Part shown: piece by piece, positions 27,699 to 37,279 of the stretch
How positions within the stretch are numbered: position 1 is the stretch's first letter
How the letters are laid out: every line of letters begins with the position of its first letter
Source of the DNA: Chloroflexota bacterium
GTDB taxonomy: Bacteria; Chloroflexota; Dehalococcoidia; UBA2979
Direction of reading: 5' to 3'
Assembly: GCA_947499615.1 (NCBI GenBank)
Contig: CANMOP010000004.1
Span: 38,501-102,500 of the forward strand
Length of the DNA stretch: 64,000 nt
Made by a program: the position numbers and the translations under genes
The notes under the pieces: model-generated
Told to the model about the DNA's origin: nothing
Database searches by the model: none
Seen by the model: the letters and a program-made list of their open reading frames with translations, nothing else

Positions 27699-28787
27699 TC
27701 AGTTCAACTTCGAGGCGGTCGAGAGCCGCCGGATGCGACCACCCTCGATCACGCATTGATCCTCAATGCGGACGCCACCCCACCCCGCAATGTAGATGCC
27801 CGGCTCCACTGTCACCACCTGCCCGTCCGCCAGCACGTCCGTTGAGCGTGGTCCGAGCCGCGGCGCCTCGTGGATGTCGAGGCCCACGCCATGCCCAAGG
27901 CCATGCCCGAAGTGCTCTCGGTAGCCAGCCTCGGCGATGACGGTCATGGCGATCTCGTGGGCCTGTTCGCCGGTCATCCCGGACTCGATGCGCTCCTCAG
28001 CCATCATCTGCGCGGTCAGCACCACGTCGTAGACGCGACGAAACTGCGCATCCGGTTCGCCGAGGAAGATCGTACGCGTCAGATCGGAGCAGTAGCCATC
28101 CACGACTACCCCCAGGTCCATCACGACCCCCCGGCCAGCCTCCAGCGGCACGTCACGCGGGTACGCGTGGGGGAGAGCGCCCCAGGCGCCACCCGCGATG
28201 ATCGTCGGGAACGAGAGCGCTTCGGCGCCGTGCTCCATCGCGTAGCGCTGGATCTCCCAGGCGAGTGCGCGCTCCGTCATCCCGGGCTGCGCCACCGATG
28301 CCGCGTGCTCACACGCGGCGTCTCCAAGCAGCACCGCACGCGTGAGCGCATCTAGCTCGTCCGGCTCCTTCAGTGCGCGTAGTGCCTCGATGGCGTGGGG
28401 CGCAGGGGCGAGGTGCGGGCGAGCCGACTCCGGCAAGGCGGCGACGGACTGTATCCACTCCTCGTACGCCGCAACGGTGAGGTGGGACGGCTCGTACCCG
28501 ATCTGCTTGCCCCCGAGGCCCTCGAGGAGCAGCGGCACCCACTCCGACATCGGACCATTCGCACGCAGCAGCGTGCAGTCGGTGGCCTGCGTGCCCACCT
28601 GCTCGAAGTAGCGCGCATCGGTTGCCAGCAGCGCGCGATCGCGGCTCACCAGCACCACCCCGGCGGTGCCGGTGAAGCCGGACACCCAGCGGCGGTTGGA
28701 GGGCGTGGTCACCAGCAGCGCGTCCAGCCCCAACTCCTCGAGGCGAGCGCGCACACGGTCGATGCGGTGCGCCGTCGAGACACTCAT
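27699..28787 (-). CDS. Xaa-Pro aminopeptidase (M24 family)
   Basis: [34 protein letters not shown] and GVRIED motifs. Confidence 0.94.
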   Translation of the reverse strand: MSVSTAHRIDRVRARLEELGLDALLVTTPSNRRWVSGFTGTAGVVLVSRDRALLATDARYFEQVGTQATDCTLLRANGPMSEWVPLLLEGLGGKQIGYEPSHLTVAAYEEWIQSVAALPESARPHLAPAPHAIEALRALKEPDELDALTRAVLLGDAACEHAASVAQPGMTERALAWEIQRYAMEHGAEALSFPTIIAGGAWGALPHAYPRDVPLEAGRGVVMDLGVVVDGYCSDLTRTIFLGEPDAQFRRVYDVVLTAQMMAEERIESGMTGEQAHEIAMTVIAEAGYREHFGHGLGHGVGLDIHEAPRLGPRSTDVLADGQVVTVEPGIYIAGWGGVRIEDQCVIEGGRIRRLSTASKLN

Positions 28788-29227
28788 GCGGTCGGCCGCT
28801 CGGCCAGCCGCCGCTCCAGCGCGTTCAACGCAGCCAGGTAGCCGAGGTAGCCCAGCCCGCTGATCTGTCCCCACGCGACGGGGGCGATGTAGGAGTGGTG
28901 CCGGAACTCCTCGCGAGCGTAGATGTTGGAGAGGTGTACCTCGACGGTCACGATCTGCGTCGCCTGGATTGCGTCGCGGATCGCCACCGAGGTGTGGGTG
29001 TACCCCCCGGCGTTCAGGATCAGCCCGTCCCAGTCCCCGTGATCCTGGATCAACGTCACCAGCTCGCCCTCGTGATTCGACTGGAAGCACGCGATCTCCA
29101 CGCCGAGCTCGTCCGCGCGAGTTCGCAGCAGGCGCTCGATGTCAGCCAGCGTCTCGTGCCCGTAGATTGCGGGCTCGCGGCGACCGAGCATGTTCAGGTT
29201 GGGGCCGTTGAGCACAAGGATGCGCAT
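28784..29227 (-). CDS. aroQ: Type II 3-dehydroquinate dehydratase
   Basis: [21 protein letters not shown] and EVHLSN..ARE.FR motifs. Confidence 0.97.
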   Translation of the reverse strand: MRILVLNGPNLNMLGRREPAIYGHETLADIERLLRTRADELGVEIACFQSNHEGELVTLIQDHGDWDGLILNAGGYTHTSVAIRDAIQATQIVTVEVHLSNIYAREEFRHHSYIAPVAWGQISGLGYLGYLAALNALERRLAERPTA

Positions 29228-29248
29228 AGCGATGGTTCCTCTCGGTCG

Positions 29249-30250
29249 TTACGCGCCGGTACCGGAGCGCGGACGTTCCACCTGTTCGACCTCACGCGCA
29301 TGGCCGAGCGCGGCCGTCACGATGGTCTCCTGACGACGTTTGGTGACGGTAGTGTATATCTGCGTCGTGTCTGCGGAGGCGTGCCCGAGTAGTTCTTGCA
29401 CGACGCGCAGGTCGGCGTTGCCCTCGATCATATGCGTGGCGAAGGTGTGCCGCAGCACGTGTGGATGCACGGCGCGACCGAGCGCGGCCTGTACGCCCAT
29501 CCGGTGCACGATGTCCTGCACCGTGCGCACGCTGATGCGGTGGCCCTCGCGGCCCAGGAACAGCGACGGCTCTGCGCCGGTCGCGAGCGCGGGCCGCGCC
29601 AGCGCGATGTAGTCACGCAGCGCCGCCGCCGCCGGCTCCCCGAAGATCGCGATGCGGGTCTTGTCGCCCTTACCGGTGACGCGCACCTGCCGGTTCGTCA
29701 GGTCGAGGTCACGCCCGTCGACGCCGACAAGTTCGCTCACACGTAGCCCTGCGCCCCACAGCAGTTCCAGCATCGCGTGGTCGCGCAGCCCGCGAGGCGT
29801 GCCGGTGTCGGGCGCATCGACAAGCGCCTCAGCCTCGTCGATGGAGAGAACCTGCGGGAGCAGCTTGGGCACCTTGGGGTAGCGCAGCATCAGGATCGAG
29901 TCGCCCGGAGTTGCGGGCGGCAGCATACCTTCGTGGTCCAGCCAGCGGTAGAACGCCTTCACGGTCGTCGCCTGGCGGCGCACGGAGGCGGGTGCGACCT
30001 CCGCCTCATGCTGCTGGGCGAGGAAGCCTCGGGCATGGCCGCGTCCGGCCCGATCGAACTCGACGCCACGTGATGCGAGGTAGGCGAAGAACGCTCCGAG
30101 GTCGCTCTGGTAGTTGCGCAGGGTGTACTCGGAGCGATTCAGCACGCCACCGAGATGCAGCGCGTAGCGAGCGAACGCGTTGTCCGCCCGCGCTCGCAAC
30201 GTCTGGCGCTCGATGGCTGTTGGCGCACCGGCGAGGCGAGGCCGTGGCAC
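29249..30250 (-). CDS. xerC: Tyrosine recombinase XerC/XerD
   Basis: R(GLRVSE), K(GKGDK), HxxRH, LGH and Y(TQIY) catalytic residues all intact; dprA-topA-xer context. Confidence 0.88.
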   Translation of the reverse strand: MPRPRLAGAPTAIERQTLRARADNAFARYALHLGGVLNRSEYTLRNYQSDLGAFFAYLASRGVEFDRAGRGHARGFLAQQHEAEVAPASVRRQATTVKAFYRWLDHEGMLPPATPGDSILMLRYPKVPKLLPQVLSIDEAEALVDAPDTGTPRGLRDHAMLELLWGAGLRVSELVGVDGRDLDLTNRQVRVTGKGDKTRIAIFGEPAAAALRDYIALARPALATGAEPSLFLGREGHRISVRTVQDIVHRMGVQAALGRAVHPHVLRHTFATHMIEGNADLRVVQELLGHASADTTQIYTTVTKRRQETIVTAALGHAREVEQVERPRSGTGA

Positions 30251-30258
30251 GGTGCGCG

Positions 30259-33105
30259 CTAGGCGGAGCGCCGCGTGGCGCCCGGCCGACGTGGGGTGGT
30301 GCTGCGTGTGGCCGCGCTCTTCGTTGTCGTGGCACGCGGCTTGGCGGTCCGGGTGCCCGCGCTCTTGGTGGCGGCGCTCCGCGTGCTCGTCGTCTTGGAG
30401 GTCGTGCGCCGCGTCGAGGTGCGGGCGGTACCCGGCTCGATGCCCTGCTCCCGCATCCGCTGTGCCCTCAGCGCCAGCAGGTCGAGGCCTTCCTCGAGGG
30501 TCAGTGTGGCAGGGTTGCGCCCGTTCGGGAGGGAGGCGTTCACGACGCCATCCGTCACGTACGGCCCGAACCGCCCGCTCCGCACCACCACCGGCTTGCC
30601 ACTGTCGGGATGCACGCCGAGCTCGGCAAGCGCGGAAGCAGCCTGCCCCCGGCCTCGCGTCTGCCGCGGCTCCGCGAGTATTGCGACGGCCTCGTCGAGG
30701 GTGACGCTGGCCAGGTGGTCGTGGTCACGCAGGCTGCGGTTGTCGGTGCCGCTCTTCACGTATGGACCAAGCGGCCCATCCTGCACGGTGACAGGCTCGC
30801 CGCTGACCGGGTGCACGCCCAGCGTGCGCGGGTAGGACAGCAGCATGAGCGCCTGCTCAAGGGTCAGCGTCGCGATGTCGAGCGTCGGCCAGATGGAGGA
30901 ACGCTTCGGCTTGCCGTCGTTCGCATCGTCCTCGCCGAGCTGCACGTAGGGGCCGTATCGCCCGACCTTCGTGTAGACCGCTAGTTCACTCTCCGGGTCG
31001 ATGCCGAGCGGGTGTTCGCCAAGCGCAGCGCGCTCCAGCAACTCCAGCGCGCGAGGCAGATCGACCTCGTCCGGGGCAGTGTCGTCCGCGATGTTGGCGC
31101 GCACTTCCTCGTCGCCGGCCTGGATGTACGGGCCGTACCGCCCGACGCGGATCGCGACGATGCGGCCCTGCGCGTCGACGCCGAGCGGGATCGACGACAC
31201 CTCGCGGGCGTCGATCGCTTCCCAGCCGGATCCGATACGTCGCTGCAACCCCTCGCCAGCCAGCGTCTCAGCCTCGGCGCCGGTGGCCTCCGGGTTGCCG
31301 AAGTAGAAGCGGCGCAGCCAGGGTGTCGCTTCGAGGCTGCCGTCCGCGACGGAGTCCAGGTCACCCTCCATGCGCGCCGTGAAGTCGAGGTCGACGAGCT
31401 CCGGGAAGTGCTGCTCCAGGAGGTTGACGACCGCGAACGCGAGGAACGTAGGAACGAGGGCGGTGCCCCGCTTCTGCACGTACCCACGATCCTGGATCGT
31501 CCCGATGATCGACGCGTACGTCGAAGGTCGTCCGATCCCGCGCTCCTCCAGCTCGTGGATCAGACTGGCTTCGGTGTAGCGGGCGGGCGGCTGTGTTTCG
31601 TGCCCGCGCGCCTCGGTGGAGACGGCGTCCAGCAACTGGCCCGCAGTCATCGCGGGGAGCAATCGTTCCTGCTCCTCCAGCTCTGCGTCCGGGTCGTCTG
31701 AGCCCTCGACATAGGCGCGCAGGAAGCCGGGGAACTGAATCACCCGCCCTGACGCGGTGAGCACCGCCGTGCCCTGTGCGCCGGCGTCGGCCTGCAGGCG
31801 GACGTTGGTGCGCATCCCGCTGGCGTCACGCATCTGCGAGGCGACGGTGCGCATCCACACCAGCTCGTACAGCCGGAAGGCGTCGCCATCGAGCTCTCGA
31901 CGCACGCTGTCGGGAGTGCGGAAGGCCTCGCCAGCGGGGCGTACTGCCTCGTGCGCCTCCTGTGCGCCGCGAGCGCGGGTCGTGTACTGCCGAGGTTGCG
32001 GCGGGAGGTAGTCGTCGCCGTACAACTCGCGCACTTGCGCCCGAGCGGCGTCCAACGCCTGCGTCGAGAGGTTCGTCGAGTCGGTACGCATGTAGGTGAT
32101 GTAGCCGTTTTCGTACAGCTGCTGGGCCACGCCCATCGTGCGTTGCGCCGTGAAACGCAACTTGCGCGCGGCTTCCTGCTGCAGGGTGGAGGTGATGAAC
32201 GGCGGCGCGGGGCGCTGAGTGAACGGTCGCTCCGCGACCTCCGCCACAGTGGCCGTCGCACCCTCGAGGGTGGCCGAGGCTTGCCGTGCGGCCGCCTCGT
32301 CCAGCAGCGCGACGTCAGTGCCGCCCGACAGGGCGCCGGTGGTCGGGTCGAAGTCGCGGCCACTGGCCACGCGCTTCCCACCCAACTCCGCGAGGCGCGC
32401 AGAGAAGTTAGTGCCGTCCGCGGTGCGAACCCGCAGTGTGGCGTCGACGTCCCAGTAGGAGCCCGCCACGAAGCGCATCCGCGCTCGCTCGCGCACGACG
32501 ACGACACGGATGGCGGCAGACTGCACGCGGCCAGCGGAGAGCCGAGGGCGCACCTTGCGCCAGAGCACCGGCGACACCTCGTAGCCGAACAGGCGATCGA
32601 GGATGCGACGTGCCTCCTGCGCCTGCACCAGATGTTCATCGATGGCGCGCGGGTGCTCCAGCGCGGCTTCGATCGCCTGCTGGGTGATCTCGTGGAACAC
32701 CATGCGGTGGATCGGCACCTTCGGGTCCAGCACCTCGCGCAGGTGCCAGGCAATCGCCTCGCCCTCGCGGTCCTCGTCTGTTGCGAGGTAGATCGCGTCG
32801 GCGTCCTTCAGCAGCAGCTTGAGCTTGGTGACCTGCGCCTTCTTACCGGCGGGGACGATGTAGACCGGCTGAAAGTCGTGGTCGACATCAACACCCAGGC
32901 GTGCCCACTTCTCCTTCTTGAGGTTCGCGGGGATCTCCGCGGCGCTCGAAGGCAGGTCGCGCACGTGGCCAATCGACGATTCGACGATGTAGCCGGCACC
33001 GAGGTAGCGCGAGATCGTGCGCGCCTTCGCGGGCGACTCGACGATGACGAGGCTCTTGCCAGAGGGCGTGCGGGCGCGCGAGCGGGGTCGGCGTTCAGTT
33101 GTCAC
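30259..33105 (-). CDS. topA: DNA topoisomerase I
   Basis: IVESPAKA, ATDEDREGE, SAGRVQ, ITYMRTDS, GRYGPY C-terminal repeats and a basic tail. Confidence 0.97.
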   Translation of the reverse strand: MTTERRPRSRARTPSGKSLVIVESPAKARTISRYLGAGYIVESSIGHVRDLPSSAAEIPANLKKEKWARLGVDVDHDFQPVYIVPAGKKAQVTKLKLLLKDADAIYLATDEDREGEAIAWHLREVLDPKVPIHRMVFHEITQQAIEAALEHPRAIDEHLVQAQEARRILDRLFGYEVSPVLWRKVRPRLSAGRVQSAAIRVVVVRERARMRFVAGSYWDVDATLRVRTADGTNFSARLAELGGKRVASGRDFDPTTGALSGGTDVALLDEAAARQASATLEGATATVAEVAERPFTQRPAPPFITSTLQQEAARKLRFTAQRTMGVAQQLYENGYITYMRTDSTNLSTQALDAARAQVRELYGDDYLPPQPRQYTTRARGAQEAHEAVRPAGEAFRTPDSVRRELDGDAFRLYELVWMRTVASQMRDASGMRTNVRLQADAGAQGTAVLTASGRVIQFPGFLRAYVEGSDDPDAELEEQERLLPAMTAGQLLDAVSTEARGHETQPPARYTEASLIHELEERGIGRPSTYASIIGTIQDRGYVQKRGTALVPTFLAFAVVNLLEQHFPELVDLDFTARMEGDLDSVADGSLEATPWLRRFYFGNPEATGAEAETLAGEGLQRRIGSGWEAIDAREVSSIPLGVDAQGRIVAIRVGRYGPYIQAGDEEVRANIADDTAPDEVDLPRALELLERAALGEHPLGIDPESELAVYTKVGRYGPYVQLGEDDANDGKPKRSSIWPTLDIATLTLEQALMLLSYPRTLGVHPVSGEPVTVQDGPLGPYVKSGTDNRSLRDHDHLASVTLDEAVAILAEPRQTRGRGQAASALAELGVHPDSGKPVVVRSGRFGPYVTDGVVNASLPNGRNPATLTLEEGLDLLALRAQRMREQGIEPGTARTSTRRTTSKTTSTRSAATKSAGTRTAKPRATTTKSAATRSTTPRRPGATRRSA

Positions 33106-34246
33106 CAGCCGCCTCCGTTCCGTCTGCGGCGTATTCCGCCGCCTCCTCGCGCACTCGGACGTACTGCATTCCGCCCAGATCGCGCACGAGCCCTTTCAGT
33201 TCCAGCAGTGCGAGCGTACCTGACACGGTGGCCGCCGCCAAACCCGCCGCCCGCGCGATCTCATCGATGTGCCTCGGCTCGCGGCTCAGGGCGGCCATCA
33301 GCGCGCGCTCGTCGGGGTCGGTGGCGGGCATCGCGCGCCCGAAATCGAGCTGCGCACCGACCATCGTGAGGTTGAGCGCCTCAAGGATATCGTTCGCAGA
33401 GGCGACGGGTGTCGCGCCATCCTTGAGCAGCGAGTGTGGCCCCCTCGACTGCGGCGAGAAGATCGAGCCGGGCACGACGAAGACCTCGCGGCCCTGTTCC
33501 AGCGCGAAGCGAGCGGTGATCATCGCGCCCGAGTCGTAGTCCCCCTCGACCACCAATGTACCGAGTGCGACGCCGGACATAATCCTGTTGCGCCGGGGAA
33601 AGAAGTCGGCGCGCGGCTTCGTGCCGAGCGGGTAGTCGCTCATCAGCGCGCCCTGCTCCGCGATCTCGTCCGCCAGCCGGGCGTTCTCCGGCGGGTAGAC
33701 GCTGTCGAGGCCGTTCGCGAGCACCGCGTGCGTGCGCCCGCCGGCATCGAGCGCCGCGCGGTGGGCGATGGTGTCGATGCCGCGCGCAAGGCCGGAGATG
33801 ACACTGACCCGGTTCGCGGCCAGCCCTCGAGCCAGTTCGCCCGAGGCTTGTCGGCCGTACGCCGTCGCGCGCCGGGTGCCGACAACCGCCACGCTCCATT
33901 CGTCCTCGGGGAGCCAGGTCCCACGCAGGTACAGCAGCGGCGGCGCGTCCGAGATCTCGCCAAGTCGCGAGGGGTAACGCGGGTCGTCGGGTGCAAGCGC
34001 CGTCACGCCCGCGCGATCCAGTCGTTCGAGTTCCGCGAAGGGGTCGGTCTCGCCCTGGGCACGGACCACAGCCTGCGCGGTGCGGTCATCGAGGCCGGCG
34101 GCGCAGAGTTCTGCGTACCCCGCGCGCCACGCCGCCTCGATGGACCCGAGCGCGGCCTCGACGATCGCGAAGCGGGCAGCGCCCATCCGGGGCACGCGAT
34201 GCAGCGCGACGCGGTAGGCCAGATCGTTTGTTCGTTCCTCGGTCAT
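33095..34246 (-). CDS. dprA: DNA-processing protein DprA
   Basis: VAVVGTR, ISGLARGID..AH, FP.RNRI.SG and SGAMITA motifs with C-terminal winged helix. Confidence 0.95.
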   Translation of the reverse strand: MTEERTNDLAYRVALHRVPRMGAARFAIVEAALGSIEAAWRAGYAELCAAGLDDRTAQAVVRAQGETDPFAELERLDRAGVTALAPDDPRYPSRLGEISDAPPLLYLRGTWLPEDEWSVAVVGTRRATAYGRQASGELARGLAANRVSVISGLARGIDTIAHRAALDAGGRTHAVLANGLDSVYPPENARLADEIAEQGALMSDYPLGTKPRADFFPRRNRIMSGVALGTLVVEGDYDSGAMITARFALEQGREVFVVPGSIFSPQSRGPHSLLKDGATPVASANDILEALNLTMVGAQLDFGRAMPATDPDERALMAALSREPRHIDEIARAAGLAAATVSGTLALLELKGLVRDLGGMQYVRVREEAAEYAADGTEAAGDN

Positions 34247-34339
34247 TACGCGCAGCGTACCAACGCATCGGCCGGGTGGACACCCGGCGCTCCCCACATC
34301 GCGTCTGACGATTGTCGTTGGGGGTGCCGCCGGAACGGA

Positions 34340-35632
34340 TCAAGCAGTGTCGGTGGAGACCTCGGTGGCCGCACGAGTGACGCGTACCTTCTTAATGCGC
34401 CGCCCGAGGATCGAGAGCACACGGAGCGTGAGCCGCCCGTCCTCACTGACCACTTCGTCACCGGGGACGGCGAGGCGGCCGAGCAACGAGAGGATGAGCC
34501 CGCCGACGGTGTCGAAGTCTTCGCTATCGAATTGCATCCCGAATAACTCGTTGAGATCGTCGATCGGCAGACGCGCGTCGAGGATCGCGACATCTTCGGA
34601 GAGTTGCTGCACGTCGACGGCCTCGACGTCGTACTCATCGCTGATCTCACCGACGATCTGCTCGATCAGGTCTTCGACCGTGACGACGCCTGCCGTCCCG
34701 CCGTATTCATCGACGACGATCGCCATGTGCACCTGATCGCGGCGGAGCTCGGAGAGCAGGTCGTCGACGCGCTTCGTCTCGGGCACGAAGTACGCAGGCC
34801 GGGCGATCTCTCGCAACGCCGGCCGAACCGCCTCGGCCGCGCCGGGACGGAGGTACGCCAGCAGGTCTTTCGCATAGATGACGCCCACCACGTGGTCCAG
34901 CGAATCCTCATAGAGCGGGATGCGACTGAAGCCACTGCCGGTGATCACGATCAGCACGTCCTCCAGGCTGCCCCCCGTAGCAACGGCAGCAATGTCCGTG
35001 CGAGGCGACATCACCTCGCGAACGGTCTGATCGGACATCGCGAGGATGCCACGCATCATCCGGCGCTCCTCGGACAGGCTGGTGCCATCTCCGCCCGCCT
35101 GGTCCAGCAGCGCCAGCAGCTCGCCGGACGGATCCGGCTCGGTCGCATCGGGATCGCCGCCAAAGAGTCGTGCCGCCGCGCGGGCGGGGGCACTGGCGAC
35201 CCAACCGATCGGCCCGAAGACGAGTTGAAGCGTCCGAATCAGGCCGCTGAGTCGCGCACCGGTCGCCTGCGGGTTGGTCAACGCCAGCGCGCGAGCGCTC
35301 TGACGAAGGAACGTCAACAGGAAGACAGCCCCTGCCGCGGCAGCAATTGTCCGGCGGTCGTGCAGCCAATCGGTGCCAGTGAGCAGCGCCACCAGGGAGA
35401 TCGTTGCGACGACGGTCGTGAACGTGGCCGCCACACCGAGCGCGGGCAGGATGCGCTGTCGATGCCGGATGTAGGAGTCGACCAGCACGCTCATCCCGCT
35501 TGGTCCGGGCTGGCTGGGCTGAATGCGCGTGCGACTGATCGCGCCAACCGCAGCCTCTGCCGCAGCCACGATCGCAAGCAATACCGCGGAGGTGAGCAAC
35601 AGAGTGAGCGCAATGGTCGAGTTAGTATCCAA
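34340..35632 (-). CDS. Hemolysin-family/CorC (CNNM-CBS) transporter
   Basis: N-terminal TMs, VREVM.PR, SRIPLY and VDEYGGTAGVVT.ED..E.IVGEI motifs. Confidence 0.92.
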   Translation of the reverse strand: MDTNSTIALTLLLTSAVLLAIVAAAEAAVGAISRTRIQPSQPGPSGMSVLVDSYIRHRQRILPALGVAATFTTVVATISLVALLTGTDWLHDRRTIAAAAGAVFLLTFLRQSARALALTNPQATGARLSGLIRTLQLVFGPIGWVASAPARAAARLFGGDPDATEPDPSGELLALLDQAGGDGTSLSEERRMMRGILAMSDQTVREVMSPRTDIAAVATGGSLEDVLIVITGSGFSRIPLYEDSLDHVVGVIYAKDLLAYLRPGAAEAVRPALREIARPAYFVPETKRVDDLLSELRRDQVHMAIVVDEYGGTAGVVTVEDLIEQIVGEISDEYDVEAVDVQQLSEDVAILDARLPIDDLNELFGMQFDSEDFDTVGGLILSLLGRLAVPGDEVVSEDGRLTLRVLSILGRRIKKVRVTRAATEVSTDTA

Positions 35633-35655
35633 GCCTGATCAGCCCTGGTCGGGCC

Positions 35656-37077
35656 TCAGTCCGCCTTTCCGGTCAGTGCACCGTCCGAGGACTCGCCGCC
35701 TGCGGTTTGGGGGCGAGCAGGCACGCCCACGACGAGCGTCCCGGCGGGAACATCGTGCGTCACGACGGAGCCTCCCGCAGTGTGCGCCCCGGCGCCGATG
35801 GTGATCGGCGCGATCAGGATGGAGTCGCTGCCGATGAACGCACCGTCGCCGATGATGGTGCGGTGCTTCGTCACGCCGTCGTAGTTCGCGGTGATCGTGC
35901 CCGCTCCGATGTTCACGTCGGAGCCGACATCGGAGTCGCCGAGGTAGGAGAAGTGCCCCACGGCGCTGCGTGCGCCGATGCGTGACGCCTTCACTTCCGC
36001 GTAGTTGCCCAGGTGCACGTCGTGCTCAATCGTCGAGCCGGGGCGAACGTGGCAGTAGGGCCCGACGGTGACATCGTCGCCGAGCGTCGACTCCTCGAGG
36101 GTCGATCCGCCGATGACGCAGCGCTCGCCGACGTGCATGTCGCGCAGCACAGCCGCCGGCCCGATGCGACAGCCCGCGCCGATCTCCGTATCGCCGAGCA
36201 GATGCACCCCGGGCAGCAACGTCGTATCCGGACCGACAGTCACGCCGGCATCGATGTACGTCGTCGCCGGGTCTTGCAGCGTCACGCCGGCCAGCATCAG
36301 ATCCTTACGGATGCGCTCGCGCATCAACTGCTCGGCGCGCGCCAACTCCACACGGGTGTTCACCTGCTGCGCCTCGGCGGACTCCACCACCTGGTAGGCC
36401 TGCGCGCCGCCATCCTGCTCCACGGCGCGGGCGATGATATCGGTCAGGTAGCGCTCACCTCGGGGGCCGGGCTGCAGCGCCTCCAGGGTCGGCCAGAGCC
36501 AGGACGCCTCGGCGGCGTAGAGGCCGACGTTGACCTCGGGCTCGCCGCGCGTCGTGGCGTCGGTCTCCGTCTCCTCCACGATTCCGCGCACGCGGCCGTT
36601 CTGGCGCAGCACGCGACCGTAGCCGGTGGGGTCTTCGAGGTATGCAGTGAGGAACGTGAGCACGGACGGGGAGGCGGCGTGCCGTCCCATCAACTCACGC
36701 ATCGTCCGAGCCGTGAGCAACGGAAGGTCTGCGTTGAGGATGAGCACGCGGCGGACACCGGCGGCCGCGGCCCGAGCGGCAAGGGCGGCGTGCCCGGTGC
36801 CCAGCGGCTCACCCTGCGGCGCGATGCGTACGTCCGGCACGGCGGCCCGCACAGCCTCGGCGACCTCATCGGCCTCCGTGGCGGTCACCACGATGATGCG
36901 TTCGCAGCCGGCGGCGCGCAGCGTGTCGCAGACCAGCCGCACCATCGCGCGTCCGGCAACCGGGTGGAGCACCTTCGGCAACTGCGAGCGCATGCGCGTG
37001 CCACGGCCGGCGGCCAGCACGACCGCGATCCACTCGGAGGGATCCGGGGGAGGCGCGTCCTTCACGGAGGCAGTCAT
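35656..37077 (-). CDS. glmU: Bifunctional GlmU
   Basis: LAAGRGTRMRS.LPKVLH, PTGYGR, EVN.G.Y, hexapeptide repeats and NIGAGTITANYDG. Confidence 0.96.
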   Translation of the reverse strand: MTASVKDAPPPDPSEWIAVVLAAGRGTRMRSQLPKVLHPVAGRAMVRLVCDTLRAAGCERIIVVTATEADEVAEAVRAAVPDVRIAPQGEPLGTGHAALAARAAAAGVRRVLILNADLPLLTARTMRELMGRHAASPSVLTFLTAYLEDPTGYGRVLRQNGRVRGIVEETETDATTRGEPEVNVGLYAAEASWLWPTLEALQPGPRGERYLTDIIARAVEQDGGAQAYQVVESAEAQQVNTRVELARAEQLMRERIRKDLMLAGVTLQDPATTYIDAGVTVGPDTTLLPGVHLLGDTEIGAGCRIGPAAVLRDMHVGERCVIGGSTLEESTLGDDVTVGPYCHVRPGSTIEHDVHLGNYAEVKASRIGARSAVGHFSYLGDSDVGSDVNIGAGTITANYDGVTKHRTIIGDGAFIGSDSILIAPITIGAGAHTAGGSVVTHDVPAGTLVVGVPARPQTAGGESSDGALTGKAD

Positions 37078-37201
37078 GCGGTTGCGCCCGTCCGCACCGC
37101 GTGGTGCGTAGCGTCGCGGTGGAACGCGAGACGTAGCGAAGGCTCGACGGTCGCGATCGTGATGTCTCCACGCATTGCATGAACACAGTGGCGGGGCGAA
37201 A

Positions 37202-37231
37202 TTGACTCGCCCGATTGAGCCATTTTACACT
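37202..37231 (+). promoter_or_regulatory. Sigma70-type promoter for the alaS operon
   Basis: TTGACT-18 nt-TACACT. Confidence 0.5.
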
Positions 37232-37279
37232 CCCGCGGAGCCCTGCTACCAGCGAATCGCCACAACCGAAGGCCTACCC

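Noticed and set aside
29249..30250. Tyrosine recombinase as a phage or island integrase
   Set aside because: Its size, motifs and dprA-topA-xer context fit chromosomal XerC/D. No att repeats or cargo genes are adjacent.
37078..37279. T-box leaders upstream of alaS (also checked metG, hisS, pheS and thrS)
   Set aside because: No GGTGGNACC T-box motif or specifier stem was found, and several of these genes appear leaderless.
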